From assembly GCF_009914755.1 (NCBI RefSeq), contig NC_060938.1: 64,000 nucleotides of DNA; one strand, 5' to 3'. The notes below the pieces were generated by a model. It worked only from the letters and a program-made list of their open reading frames with translations, was not told where the DNA came from and did not search any database. Every line of letters begins with the position of its first letter. Positions within the stretch are counted from its first letter, which is position 1. The position numbers and the translations under genes are program-made. This document shows positions 43,235 to 56,601 of this stretch, piece by piece. The DNA is from the human T2T-CHM13v2.0 reference genome, Homo sapiens.

Positions 43235-44350
43235 AGAGTCTCATGATAGAATGAAACCCTAGAGGTCATCTAAACTTAACGACCAATTCATCGCTTGAAT
43301 GTTGTCTACAGTCTCAGCCAAGGGTTGAAAATTTCCAGAGTGCTCTCAAAAAGTATAATTATCTCAACGTTGAAGTAAAATTTTGCTTCAGGAAATGGTT
43401 ACTGTGGTCCTTAATTGTACCTTCAGGACCAAACAGCACAGGTTAAAACTTTCTTGCAATGATAACTGTACCAATATTTAGGGCCATTCTTCAATCTCCC
43501 TTGTGACTTGCCTTCCTGGCTTATACTCCAGTTCTCTAATCAATTTCCTATACATTAGGTTTTGATTCACTTGTCAATTGACACCATCTTCTCTATACAC
43601 TGTACTTTGTGGCAAAGATAAATATTGCAGATGTAGTTTTAAGCTGTTCATGAGAAACATGCCTTCTGTATTGACACTAGACAGTCTTCGAAGTGAGCTA
43701 ATTTTGCATTAATACTTTAGCAAAAACAAAAATGTACAGATGAGCATATGAAAATTGTTTACTTATGTAAATATTATTAAAACATCTAAATTTGTTTCAC
43801 ATATTGTTTTTAAGCCATATTTCTATCATTTTAAATTGAGAAGTTTGTGAGATGTTAAGGTCAGCATTAGTGGATGGCAATAAAGGATAGATTCAGAACT
43901 GATTAAATGCAAATACTATATTTAATACATTTTATCTTCTTAATTCAATCCATCGTTTTACTCTGTTGATATCCTGTTGGATTCTAATTGAGTCCTTCTT
44001 TCAGGTTTATATGATCCTAGAATTTGGTAAGTGTTTTAGCAGCACCCTTATGTAAATCCTTAATTTAGAATTGTTCAAGAGAGCAGTTTTAAACAGAATT
44101 ATTTCTAATTTTATATGTATTCCATATACTTTGAATAAAACCATGTAGTCAGTTGTAAAATCATCCAAATAGCAATATTTGTTTATTTTATCTGCTCTGA
44201 TAAGACAATTTCTTAAAATGTTCTGCAGTTCTGAGAGGATCTCATGGCATCATGGCACGTCCCTGATTGCTAGTGTGCCTTTGACAGAGCTGGCCAAGGA
44301 GAAAGCTTCTTTCTTCATCACAGCTTTACATCTGTTTCTCATAATGCATT
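43235..44350 (-). mobile_element. CR1/L3 LINE fragment
   Basis: CCTAGAGGTCATCTAAAC...TGGTCCTTAATTGTACCTTCAGGACCAAACAG...CTCCAGTTCTCTAATCAATTTC follows the antisense L3 3' region. Confidence 0.65.
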
Positions 44351-44588
44351 ACGTTTTGTTGAAGAGGACACATTTCCCAAATAAAAGTGGGCCACCAATC
44401 TAAATATTTTCCATCTAGAACATTCAAATAATTATAAAATCTAATTCATTAACATTTATATTTTCATCAAGCTATCAGAAAAAATTCACGTTAAGCAAAT
44501 ACAAACTCCTCACATTTCCAAGTTTTCTCTATTCTTGAAATATAAGTCCCACGCCATTCACAAGTTTAGGTTATCATTCACTTAACAG

Positions 44589-47056
44589 TGCTATGGTTTG
44601 AATGTGTGCCTTCCAAAATTCAGGTGCTGTCAATGTTATAGTTTTAAGAGATGGGACTTCTAAGAGGTTAGACCATAAGGGCTACTCTCTTGTGAAGAGG
44701 ATTAGGATCCGTCTCAAAGAGACTTCATGCAGCATTTGGCTCTCTTGCTCTTCTTCCTTCTACCATATGAGGGCACAGCATTCTTCTTCTCTGGAGAATG
44801 CATGCAGCTTCCATAAGAAAACTAAACCTGCAAGTGCCTGGAAATTAGACTGTCCAGCCTCCATAATTGTGAGAAATACATTTCTGTTCTCAATAAATAA
44901 ATGAGAATAATAGTAAACTGGAAATAAATGACCCAGTCTGTGGTTTTCTGTTATAACAGCACAAAATTAACTAAGATCAAAATTGGTACTGGGGGTAGAG
45001 TTTCTATATAACACATACCTAGAAATCTGGAAGCAGCTCTGGAACTGAGTAACAGGTAGAGGCCAGAACAGCTTTTAAGCAAATGCTGGACAAAGTCTAT
45101 ATCGCCATAAATGGATTGAAAAGGGTGATTCTTGTAGGAGCTCAGAAAAATAGCAGAGTTGGAAAAGCCTCATACTTTTTAGAGATTATTAAGATAGTTT
45201 GGACAGTGAAGACTCTTCGGATGAGGTCTCAGACAGAAACGAGAAGCAAGGTATTGGAAACTGAAAGAAAGGTCATCTGTGTTACAAAGTGGCAAAGAAC
45301 TTAGCTGAATTATGTTCATGATCCAGAGCTTTGTGGAAGAACTTAAGAGTTTAGAATTAAAATATTTGGCAGGAGGAATCGCTAAGCAGCAATATGTTCA
45401 GGGTGCTACATGATTTCTCTTAACTGCTTATAGTAAAACGCAAGAAGAGAAAATATTAAAGATGGAATGTATAATTAAAAGGGAAGCAAAACATGAATAT
45501 TTGGAAAATTCTTAGCCTGCCTATGTAAAAAATATATATAAAAAAAGACTTTTAGGAGAGAAAGCCAAGGATGTGGCTAAGCAATCATTTGATAAGGGCA
45601 TTACTATGAATAGATTGATGCCAGGTGCCATTTATTAAAAAAAAAATTAAAAAATAACCCCAAGGACTTTTATAGATATTTGAGACTGCCAGAGGCCCTG
45701 GGAGCCAGGACCTTGAGGGCAGAATGGTTTAAAGAGAGGGGCCCAGGGCATATGTGGATGTTGGGCCTCACTGGCCAGGCTACCTCAAGTCTCTGCTCCC
45801 CACATTTTGACAAAGCACTCCTCATCTGCACCAGCTATTGCTCAGGTGGGCCTGGGTACGGCTGGGGTTGCTGATCCGGGGGGCACTCTCAGTGAGCCTT
45901 GGAAGCATTCACATAGTGCTAATTTCACATGCACACAAGAGCTATGGAGTCATAACTTCCTCCACCTAGATTTTAAGTGATGCCTCAGAGAGCTTCATGG
46001 CTCAGACAGAGACCTGCCTCAAGGATAGAGACACAACAGAGTCTCCACTAAGGCAATGCCCAGTGGAGCCATGGGGTCAAGTCCACTGTAGTGAGCCCCT
46101 ACTAGGGCAATGCTTAGTGGAGGCATGGAAGCAGGGCTACTCCCCCAAACCCCAGTCCTGTAGAGCCACCAGTGTGCAGTGCCAAACTGGAGAGCTGCAG
46201 GCACCTGATTCCAATGCATGAGAGCTGTGGTATGGGCTGTGCCTAGCAAAACCATGTGGGTGGGAGCTTTGGTGAACCAACCCTCACCCCAGTGTGTCTG
46301 GAAGGTGGACACAGGGTCAAAGAAGGTATCTCCAGCCTTAAATTTTAATGTTCTTTGTCCTGTTGGGTTTTGGATTTACTTAAGATGTGTTATTCCTTTC
46401 TTCATTTATATTTCTCTCTTTTGGAACAGAAATGTCTGTCCTTTGCCTGTCCCACCATTGCACATAACTTGCTTGATTTCACAGGTTTGAAAGCACATAA
46501 CTTGCTCAATTTCACAGGTTTACAACTAGAAAACAATTTGCTTCTGGATGAAACACACTCTTGTGTCTCATCCATGTGATGTTTAGATGAGACTCAGTTG
46601 ATGCTGGAATAAGTTAAGACTTTGAGGGGGGCTATTGGGATGAAATAAATGTATTTTGTGTCTGAGAGGGACATAAATTTGGGGGGCGGGGACAGGGGCT
46701 GAATGCTATGGTTTGAATATGCTCCCTCCAAAATCCAGATGTTGCCAATGTGATAGTATCAAGAAGAGCCTTTAAGAGGTGATTAGGTCATGAGGGCTCC
46801 TCCTTCATGATTGGGATTAGGGCCGTTTTAAAAGAAACTTAACACACATTTGACTCTGTTGCCTTTCCACCTTCTGCCAGTAATAGCCCAGATTTTCTTT
46901 CCTCTGAAGGACACAGCCCTCACCAGATAACTGAACCTGCCGGCACCTTAATCTTGGACTTGCCAGCTTCCAGAACTATGAGAAATAGGTTTCTGTTCTT
47001 TATAAATTACTCAACCTGTGATACTCTATTATATCAGCACAGAATGAACTAAGGTA
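44589..47056 (+). mobile_element. Complete MaLR provirus (MSTC-like): 5' LTR 44589-~44978, internal ~44979-46703, 3' LTR 46704-47056
   Basis: Both LTRs start TGCTATGGTTTGAAT. Internal region starts AAAATTGGTAC; G-rich polypurine tract lies before the 3' LTR; perfect 5-bp TSD AACAG (44584-44588, 47057-47061). Confidence 0.93.
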
Positions 47057-47183
47057 AACAGATAATTTATTGCCTAATATATGAGATAATTAAAAACTGG
47101 TGATTTTGAAACACAGGATACTATTCCTGTCCTCCACAAATGTATCATCTTGAGTAAAAGATTAGAAGTCAGAGTGACTATTT

Positions 47184-47602
47184 AGGAATCAACCTATTTG
47201 TCCATGAATGGATGATTGGATTAAAAAATGTGATATACACACATACCCTGGAATACTAATCAGCCATAAAAAATAAGGAAATCATGTCTTTTGCAAAAAC
47301 ATGGATGGAAGTAGAGATCATTATCTTAAGTGAAATAACTCAGAAACAGAAAGTCAAATACTTCATTATAAGTGGGAGCTAAATCGTGTGTACACATGGA
47401 AATAAAATGTGAACTAACAGACATTGGAGGCTTGGAAGGGTGGGAGGTTGAGGGGATGTGAGGGATAAATCATATTTTACAGGTACAATGTGCACTATTA
47501 GGGTGATAGTTACACTAAAAGCCCAGACTTCACCACTGCACAATGTACCTGTGTAACACAACTACATTTGTACCCCTAAATGTATGCAAATAAAAAAATA
47601 AA
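47184..47602 (+). mobile_element. L1PB (L1PB3/4-like) 3' end
   Basis: GGGTGATAGTTACACTAAAAGCCCAGACTTCACCACTGCACAAT...TTGTACCCCTAAATGTATGCAAATAAAAAAA. Confidence 0.88.
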
Positions 47603-48449
47603 CACATAGTTTATGAAGATAGTATTAAAGTTAGATTGCTCTGATAGAGGAATTTTGAGAGTGGGTTGATTTTAAAAAGGGAACATCTTATAAGTCAACT
47701 TCCTTGAGGTTTAGAATTTCAGGAAAAGAGAAAAAGGGGATCGAAAGAGAAATTTTAAAGGCTGTGTTTTTCTTCTTCATCTTTTTAAAAAAATATGATT
47801 CAACTCAACTACTGTAATTCCTTCAAGTATTTAATAAATAATTACATTTCAATGTTTTGTTTTATTGGCTTTTTTGATGTATTAATCTGCTGAAGCTACT
47901 CTCAAATGATGGCCTGGTGAACTTAGGTGACATTCTTATCTTGGCCATGTTCCAGAATAAATTCTCTTTTATTTTGAGCTATGTATGCATCCATATCTCT
48001 ATGTCCCTTCCAAAGCATCAATAACCCAACAAAAGAATTACTTTACCTTGCTTTCCCAGTGTGGAATTCATAATTTTTAGGGGCAACTTCTGGGCTCTGG
48101 GAAGTGTCAACACTAAGCTCAATAGTGGCAAGGTGACAATAAAATTGATGAGTGTAGACAAGGTATTGTGACATCCTGGATATCGTTTCTAAAAATGTGT
48201 CCTTTTTTTGAATTGGCCATGTAGATTCTATCTGCATAAACTTTCTCTGTGAGTCGGCCACCAATGTAATCCATTTGTTTTCAGGTTAGGAGTTGTTTAA
48301 TAATTAAAGATACCCTTAGTCATTCCATTTAGTACTGAGAAGACTGCAAATAAGAAAAGGGATCACAAATATTTCTGAACTTCATACTTCTAAAAAATAA
48401 TATGTACATGACTATTTACTGGAGCTTTATGAAACTAAGTTATTACAAC

Positions 48450-48670
48450 ACTAACAATGCCCCAGGCATTCTTTTAGATATTTTATATCTATTTACTTTA
48501 ATCCCCACAATACTCATCTAAGGTAGCCATTATTTTCCCCATCTTGTAAAAAAATTGAGGTTTGTGGAGTTTATTAAACAAGATATCTTGTTTCAAGTCT
48601 TACAAATGTTAACTATTAAAGTCAGAATTTCTAAAGAAGTTCATTGTTAATTTCAAAGTCCCTGTCCTTT
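48450..48670 (-). mobile_element. MIR
   Basis: CCAGGCATT...TTTAATCCCCACAATA...AGGTAGCCATTATTTTCCCCATCTTGTA...AAATTGAGG. Confidence 0.7.
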
Positions 48671-49402
48671 CTGTGAGGCGTATAAACTTTTCTCTGGAAG
48701 GTCTGTATTACCTATGAATAAACCATCTTATATATTTCATAGCCTCATTACTACAGTTTCCATTTATTTTATACTTATGGGTCCTTTATTTAAATATCTG
48801 CCAATTCTTTCACATCACTTCAATTTTGGAGGACTGATTATGAAATATTTTCCCCAAAAACCAGAATAGCAGAGAATATCAAAGAATATAAGCTGCTTGC
48901 TTCTTCTCACTGATTTGTTCATTGTTTTCTCAAATGGGAGAATACTGGAAAAAAAGAGAGAGGATTCATAGTTCAGTCGAGGGTCAGAAGATTTTTGTAA
49001 GTCCAGACCTCTTTAAGCAACTCTTAAAGTAGGTTAAATGTTTCACAAAGCCCCAAAGAGCATTGCAAAATCCTGCCCTTCAATGAAGTTTAATATTATT
49101 AGAGTGAGGAAAAATTTAACCTCAGATGGGATAATGTACACATTTTAAGCATTCAACCATTATTTCTGATGCAGACATATCAAAGCATCAATGAGTACTG
49201 TAAGACATATTAAACAAAGCATCAGTCTCTTTCATTACTGCCCCCATCCTATCAAATTTAACATTGTACTATCTAAATAAAGTGTTTGTGGTGGTGCTTC
49301 TTAAGCTTTTTTAAATTTAATATATTATCAAATAACTACTACGTCAGATGAGGATTGAGTTTTTCTTATACTTCTACCATAACACAAATATTCCTGAATT
49401 CC

Positions 49403-49412
<10 letters not shown>

Positions 49413-49470
<58 letters not shown>
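49413..49470. repeat. (TA)n microsatellite
   Basis: About 29 perfect TA units. Confidence 0.97.
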
Positions 49471-49472
<2 letters not shown>

Positions 49473-50810
49473 CTTTAGTTTAGATCAATATTCAGTATTT
49501 ATATTGCCATATTACCGTGGCTAAATAAGTGAGGTACATAAATGAGCCATGTATCACATTTTAATTACTTATTTTTCTCTTAAAATTGTATTTTGCTTAG
49601 TTTTTTTAACCAGTATTACTATGCTATTCCTTAATTTTCTTAAGATTCTCTCAGTAGATTGGTAAGATCCTCTCAAGTTCTTGATCAGCTCTATCTTCTT
49701 GTAGACCTCTTTCTGAGATCCATTGACCTGCTGTGAGAGGGACGGGTACCTATCACTGTGTAATTTTCTTTTTCTTTCTTTCTTTCTTTCTTTTTTTTTT
49801 TTTTTTTTTTTAGGTGAGCCCATTCTCAGGTAGATTCTTGATGAAGGGCACTTGTACAAGTGTGATCATGTCCTTTGACCATCTTCACAATTAACTGATG
49901 GCTTTCTTGCATAGAGAATTCCACCTTTTGTCCGGAAATTCTGTCTCTCTTTTCTTCTCTCTCTGTTTCCTCTACTTTTTCTTTTCTGTTTGCTTGCCTT
50001 TGTTTCTGCTTTTCATATAGCGCAGTTTTGTGAATCCTCAGAGGTCTGCTCACACGTAACAGTGGGGCACTAAAGCCAGTCCGGAATCAGTGCACACTTA
50101 GGGCTTGTTGATGTGAAATATCTGGACGGGGCAATTCCAATGAAGATAACAGATCTTTCTTATGTCTTTAACCAGGGATTCCCAAAGATTGCTCCCCCTC
50201 TCACTCCCAGAAACAAAGGAGATCTTCCCTCCAAAACTTTTAAAATGCAGGGTTTAACTTGGTTGAAATTGAAAAGACAAAAGGTTGGTAGTGAAAACTA
50301 AAGACAATAGAAAAGTTATAAGATATATTCATTTCCCTCTGTGGTACTCTCCAATAAGAAGCACACAGCACTAAAATGTGTGTGGGTGGTACATTACTCA
50401 GAGATCGCTTCTCTTAATTTAAAAGATCGGTGGTGCCCATACTGTTTATTTTAGCTAGTACTGTCATTATTTTTTAATTTTCTTAATTATATCAACTCTA
50501 AAGTAAATTCTCATACTTCAGCAGACATTGAAATAAAGCAAAATATTCCTAGATGTTTTTTCCCCTTCCATATAGAAATTTGGAATCCTAAGTAAAAAGA
50601 TTTGGAAAATGTGAACAATATTCAGCTCTACTAGCTCTGCTCACTCTCTGTAAGTTAAATGGCAGTAGGAGTGGTGAAATTATTTAATTATATATAATAA
50701 TTCATCAAAATTGCCAATTATCTCTAATGATATATATGCATACAAATGAGTTTTGGATGCAATTTATCTTTTAGTTATAACATAGGCTTGTGTTCCTTAC
50801 TCTATTACTG

Positions 50811-51641
50811 TTGTAGGAAGCTCTTATGTAAAAAGAAATTACAGTGCCTATCTTTCTGTTCAGCATAATGTGGCTTACAAAGAAGAGATTGTTTCAATAT
50901 AGCCAGCTGTCTATTAAACACCTTTTATCTTCTGAAGACTGTTTAGAGACTGTTTAGTCATTTGTTGGGTTAGAGACAGCATATGCAAGATACCAAGTAC
51001 AGTGATTTGAAAATAGTTGAAACTAGATAGTTTATTGTTGCTATCATCATTTTAATTATTATTTTTATGGAGCTCTACATATTAAAACATATCTTCTATT
51101 AAAGAATTTTGAAGATATGCATAATTACAATTCATTTATTACTTTCTGACATAAAGTCAGAGATTCGCTATGAGGAAAGGGAGAAATTTCTAAAAGCACA
51201 CCTATTTGGAGAAAAAAATAACAATATTGCATGTGGCACCTCTTAAAATTGATGATATGATGCTTTCTAAACAGGTTAAGCCAAAATACATAAGTAAGAT
51301 ATACCCATATGTATGGGGTTCCTGGCAAAGTGTAAGTTGCCACTCATGTCTAATGAGCACTCAGGCTTCCAAAGGATTTTATAGTGTGATTATTAATACT
51401 ATCATGTTATTTACATGGCATTCAAGGTCTGGCTTAAATGAATGTAAGAATCTAGGCAGACAACTTATCATGGTGTTCCAGACATGGATAAATGTCTTGT
51501 AGAAAGCTCTTATGTAAACAGAAATTGCAGTAGCTATCTTTCTGTTTAGCATAAAGTGTCTTACTAAGAACAGATTGTTTCAATATACTCAGCTGTCTAT
51601 TAAACAGCTTTTATCTTCTGAAGACTGTTTAAAGAGTGTTT
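50811..51641 (+). repeat. 145-bp direct repeat pair (50811-50955 and 51497-51641)
   Basis: Ungapped manual alignment gives 15 mismatches in 145 bp; offset 686 bp. Confidence 0.92.
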
Positions 51642-52448
51642 TGTAAAACAATCCAGAAAACAGTGAAAAATGGTCTCTGCATTATTTACTTGGCATATGG
51701 AGATACAGCTGTTAAAAATAGCAATCAAAAATAACCAAACACACACATGTATACAATTACTATAAAGCTAAGGTAGAAATGATGAAGCAAAAATACCTGG
51801 TAAAAAATGGAGGAAATGGGATACCACTGCATGACAAGGAAAGAGGGAGCACATCCGGAGAAATGGTTTCTAAGCAAATTCTGTAACAGAAAGTTTCCCA
51901 AGATATTCATATCTTTTTAGCAGAAATTTAGTTCATTCTTAAGACATGTCATATATAGAAAAAGAGCTTCCTGGATACAAAAAAAAAATCAAGAAGTAGA
52001 AGTGTTTCATAAACCTTAAAGTAAGATTGATTTCTCTGAAGAAGTTTTCATTAGGGTAGAGAAAATTCATGACAATTATTTAGAGTGGGTATCACCTTGA
52101 AAAGTCTTGGTGGTCAAAACACCAATTATTCTACAGATGACCGATGAAAACTATGGAAAGGTTTTGAAAATCTCTTTTATGATATATCCATTATATTCCA
52201 TGAGAGATGCTCAGACATTTTGAAAAGTAACGCCTTTTAAAAACTGAGAATCTAAAACCAATTTCAAATTACTTTTTAAATTTTACCACATTTTTTGACT
52301 GTATATGGCATGTGTTCACTCTATTTTTATTACTAAAGGTGATTTTTGCCTGTAAAGGCATACTTTAAAGTATGCCAACCTATGCCTTGAACTATGATTA
52401 TTACTGCAATTTTGTTTTTATCCTCTTTATCTATCATAAATAAATGAA

Positions 52449-52455
<7 letters not shown>

Positions 52456-52502
<47 letters not shown>
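52456..52502. repeat. (TATC)11 tetranucleotide STR
   Basis: Perfect TATC/GATA array. Confidence 0.97.
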
Positions 52503-52588
52503 ATTTAAAGTATGACCTCACTCCTATGGCCGTCTTTAAATCCCAAATTTATAAAATGACTCCACAAAGATTGTTGACAGGATAAACT

Positions 52589-52628
52589 TGGAAGGGGTAA
52601 TTAATTTCTGGAAGGGGTAATTAATTTC
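52589..52628. repeat. Perfect 20-bp tandem duplication TGGAAGGGGTAATTAATTTC x2
   Basis: Directly visible. Confidence 0.95.
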
Positions 52629-54596
52629 TAGAGAGAGATTCAAAGTTACTAGTATTTATGGATTTAAATTCAGCTGCATTATAGTGTAAAACCATGATAT
52701 ATGCTGTTAATACTTCACAGCTCCTCAGGATAAAATAAAACCTTCATAACATTGCACCATTCAATATTTTAAACATTTTCTTATGTTTTTCTGAAATATG
52801 TATTCTTTCCTAATCATCCAAAATTATATAAAACAAAAAAAGACTCACATTTATTTCATGTTATGTATAGATGCCTTATGTTTATATGATTTAATTGTCA
52901 TGTAATAACTATTAGTAACTCCATTTTAGAGGCAGAAATTGAGCCTAAGAAGCAGGTTAGTGTGCCTTTCAATGTGTTATATTGGTTAAAGGTCATCTTT
53001 ATCCATGTTTAATTGTTCATTTTGTTTCTTTGGCCTGCCATCTGAAATATATTTATCAATAGGTATTTATGTTAATCTAGCTTATAAGAAATAAGAAAGT
53101 TTTCTGTCCTGTAATCTACCTCAAGAAGTACGTTTCACAAATTATCTAATATAGTTGTCTCAAAGTCTAGCACTGTTTAATTTCAATGCACCTTATGGGC
53201 CAAACAATGGTCCTCACTTAATTCTATTTCTTTGATGTCTTTATTTACATCTTGCTTTTAAATAACATATCCCAAGAGATTAACAAATGACAAAAAAGAA
53301 AGGAAAATTTTAAGCATATGCTCTACACTTAGCAATAAACAAGAAAAACATATTTACAATTTAATGAGAAAAATCAATGACTCCATAGATTCTGATTCTC
53401 TTCTTTTCCCAAAATGTTTATTCACTAATTGGCACAGTAGACTCCTACTAGGAGATTTTGCCAAGAAATGTGTCAAATATATACTCAGCAGGGTGAAGTC
53501 GAGAAATAAAATAAATATAGTTTGATATACAAAGATACTTCTTTCAAAAACACTTTATAAATCTTTGAACATTCCTGGGAGCCTATTTGCCAATCCTATT
53601 TGACCAAATAATCTGAAATTCCATAATTGTTCACCATGGGTGGCTTCAGATAAAAAATCTAGTCTTTTCTAAACTAGAGTCATCTTCAGCTTCTTCTTTG
53701 TACTACACATGGTTTTGGGTAACAGGATAAGTTCAGATAATGATATTAGTCTGTAGGCTTGCAACAGATGCTATTTGCTACTGGGAGGAAGAAAGAGAGA
53801 GAGGAAAGAAGTAAATGAGTTTATCATTAAAAGTAGACAAATAGGTTTATAGTGCTCAGAATCTGAAGTAAAATTCTATACAAATTTAAGGCTTGGAAAT
53901 TCATTAAATTTTACATTCACTGGATCACAGAAAATGGAGACTCGATTTATCCTAAATAAATAGAATGAACACCCCTAACCATTACTGCCTACTGCACATA
54001 TTTTCTGATTCAGCCTTTGGAATGCTTGTGTCCATCATCGTATAAGTTTTAAAACAATTAGGGAAGCTCAAGATATATTTGTAGTTCCAATATCCCTCAT
54101 CCAAGTGTTGGATTTTTGAAGGGAAAGATTTCATTCCAATCATTTCAGAACTACTGTGCCTTTAAGGGTTGGTACCTTCCATAAAGCAGCACCACAGCAA
54201 ATGCTTGTTAAAGGTCAACTTTGCCTTTCATAATTCAGAGATGTACATAAAGCAGATGATTTAATTTTTATCACACCTTCAGTAAGTAGGTACTATCCCC
54301 ATTCAAGAGATTCTAAAAAAAGGTTTAGGAATGTTAAATGTCTTGCTCACACAAGCTCGATTCTGTCTGATTCCACACCTGTACTATAAATACTATGTCT
54401 AAATGACTTTTACTGGAGTGTAGGCCAGAAATGTGTCTTAATCTGACTCAACGTGACATATGTAGGCAAGTTTTCTAAAACTGAGATATGAACATTCCTT
54501 AGAATTAAGAAATACTAGGTGCAGGGCTTACTAGTAGTAAATATTTTTAATCATATGGCTATATAGCTGGGACATTTGAATCTACACTCAAAGGGT

Positions 54597-55757
54597 ATCA
54601 GTGGTTGCCTAAGGACAGAGGGATTATAATGGGAAGGGCCAGTAGGGACAAATAATAAATGAGCATGAGGATACATTTCAGGATGAGGGATAGTTCATCA
54701 TCTTGATAGTCATTATGATTTCACAGGTGTGTGCATATGTCAAAACATATCAAATTATATATTTTAATAGGTGTAGCTAATTGCATGACTGTTATATATC
54801 AGCACATCTGTTTTAAAAAGGACACTACTAGGAGAATGAGAAGACAGGCCATAAATTAGAAGAAAATATTTGTAAATTACATGTTTGATAAAAGGTTTGC
54901 ATTCAGAATAATTTTTTTAATTTTCAAAACATTAAGAAATAAGCTAAATATTTCAACAGATACTTTTACAAAGACACATGGATGCCAAATAAATACACTA
55001 TACATCGTCCAAAATCAGTAGTCATTAGATACATCCAAATTAAGACCTAAGTTAGATACTCTTATCACTTATCCTTGAGAAAAGAAAGAAAAAGAAAAAA
55101 AAGCAGGGAGAATTTGACAGTACTAAATAGTTCTGCTGAGGAAGTGGAGGAACTGGAACTCTTTTATACTGAAAGGAGAATTGCAAAGTAGTATAGACTA
55201 TATGTCAAACAGCTTGACGCTTTCTTAGAAAGTTAAGCAACTGTTTAACATACGGTCCAGCAATCCCAGCTGTATGTATTAACTCAAGTGAAATTAAAAC
55301 TTATGTTCATGTAGAAACATGTATACAAATGCTTATAGTAGCTTTATTTATAATCTCCTCAAACAGGAAACAAAGCAAATGTTCTTCAGCTTGTGAACAG
55401 ATAAACAAACTGTTGTACAACCATACAATGCAGCTGCATAGCAATAAAAATGAATGCATTTCTGATACATGCAATAACATGGATGAATCTTAAAGGCAAT
55501 ACACTAAGTGAAAGAAGCCAGAGTTTTACATACTGTATGATTCCATTTGTTTGAAATTATGCAATAGGCGAGACATTAAGGGCAGAAAATAAATCAATGA
55601 TTTCCAGTGTTTGAGAAAGGATTGCTACAAATAGGATAAGAGAATAAGTTTGGATAACGAAATTGTCCTGTATCTAGAATATGTGTCGGTTATGTGGCTC
55701 TATGTGTGTAACTCATGGAACTGTAATTTACTTTATGTAAATTATATCTCACCAAAA
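54597..55757 (+). mobile_element. Two old L1M (L1MC/MD-like) 3' fragments in tandem
   Basis: TCAGTGGTTGCCTAAGG...ATATGTCAAAACATATCAAATT; CCAGCAATCCCA, ACATGGATGAATCT, CTAAGTGAAAGAAGCCAG, ATACTGTATGATTCCATT. Confidence 0.8.
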
Positions 55758-55844
55758 CATGCACAGATTCGTAGAAAATCTGATGCTTATGACTAATGGA
55801 AAAGAAGAATTAATATACTTATCAGTTAGTGTATCCTTCCTTAT

Positions 55845-56403
55845 ACTTGCTCACCTGGGTTTTTGTAATAAAAAACTTGATGACTTAAAGTCATCAAGAC
55901 ATCAAGACATCAAGTCACATCAAGACATCAAGACATCAAGTCACAAACTTGATGACTTAAAATAATGGATATTTATTGTCACCATTCTGGAGGCTAGAAA
56001 TCTGAAATAAAGGTTGATGTTAGCCAGGCCATGCTGCCTTTGAAGGCTCTAAGGAACAATCTTCCCATGCATCTGGCATCCATAAATCTTCTCTTCCTTC
56101 AGCTTCTAATGTCCCCAGCTGGTTTTTGTTGTTGTTATTTATTTATTATTTTTGTAATTTAATTTTATTTTTTGCTTGTGGCAGCATAACTCTAATCCTT
56201 GCCTCCATCTTCACATGACTTTACTCTCTGTGTCTCTGTGTGTCCTCTCCTCTCCCTATGAGGAAACCAGTCATAGGATTTAGGGCCTAATCCAATAACT
56301 AATTATGTCTATAAGGACCTAATATCCAAATAAAGTCACGTTCTGATGTTCCAGGTGCACATAAATTTGAGGAGACAGAGAGGGCACTATGCAACCCACC
56401 ACA
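55845..56403 (-). mobile_element. MLT1C-like LTR (MaLR)
   Basis: TTCTGGAGGCTAGAAATCTGAAAT, GCTTGTGGCAGCATAACTCTAATC, GCCTCCATCTTCACATG, ends CACTATGCAACCCACCACA. Confidence 0.8.
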
Positions 56404-56452
56404 ATTCTCATAGATGGTATGCAGATGAAGTTACATTTGGAATAGCAATTTG

Positions 56453-56601
56453 ATACGTGTGTGTGTGTGTGTACATATATATATACATATATATGTATAT
56501 ATATACGTATATATATACATATATATACATATATATGTATATATATGTATATATATACATATATATGTATATATATATGTGTATATATATATATATATAT
56601 G
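56453..56601. repeat. (TG)n/(TA)-rich compound repeat with unbroken purine-pyrimidine alternation
   Basis: Directly visible; ~10-bp TATATATACA/TATATATGTA units. Confidence 0.96.

Noticed and set aside
50811-51650. TRIM or mini-LTR retroelement call for the 145-bp repeats
   Set aside because: No TSD, PBS or polypurine tract, and copy 2 does not end in CA; kept only as an unexplained duplication
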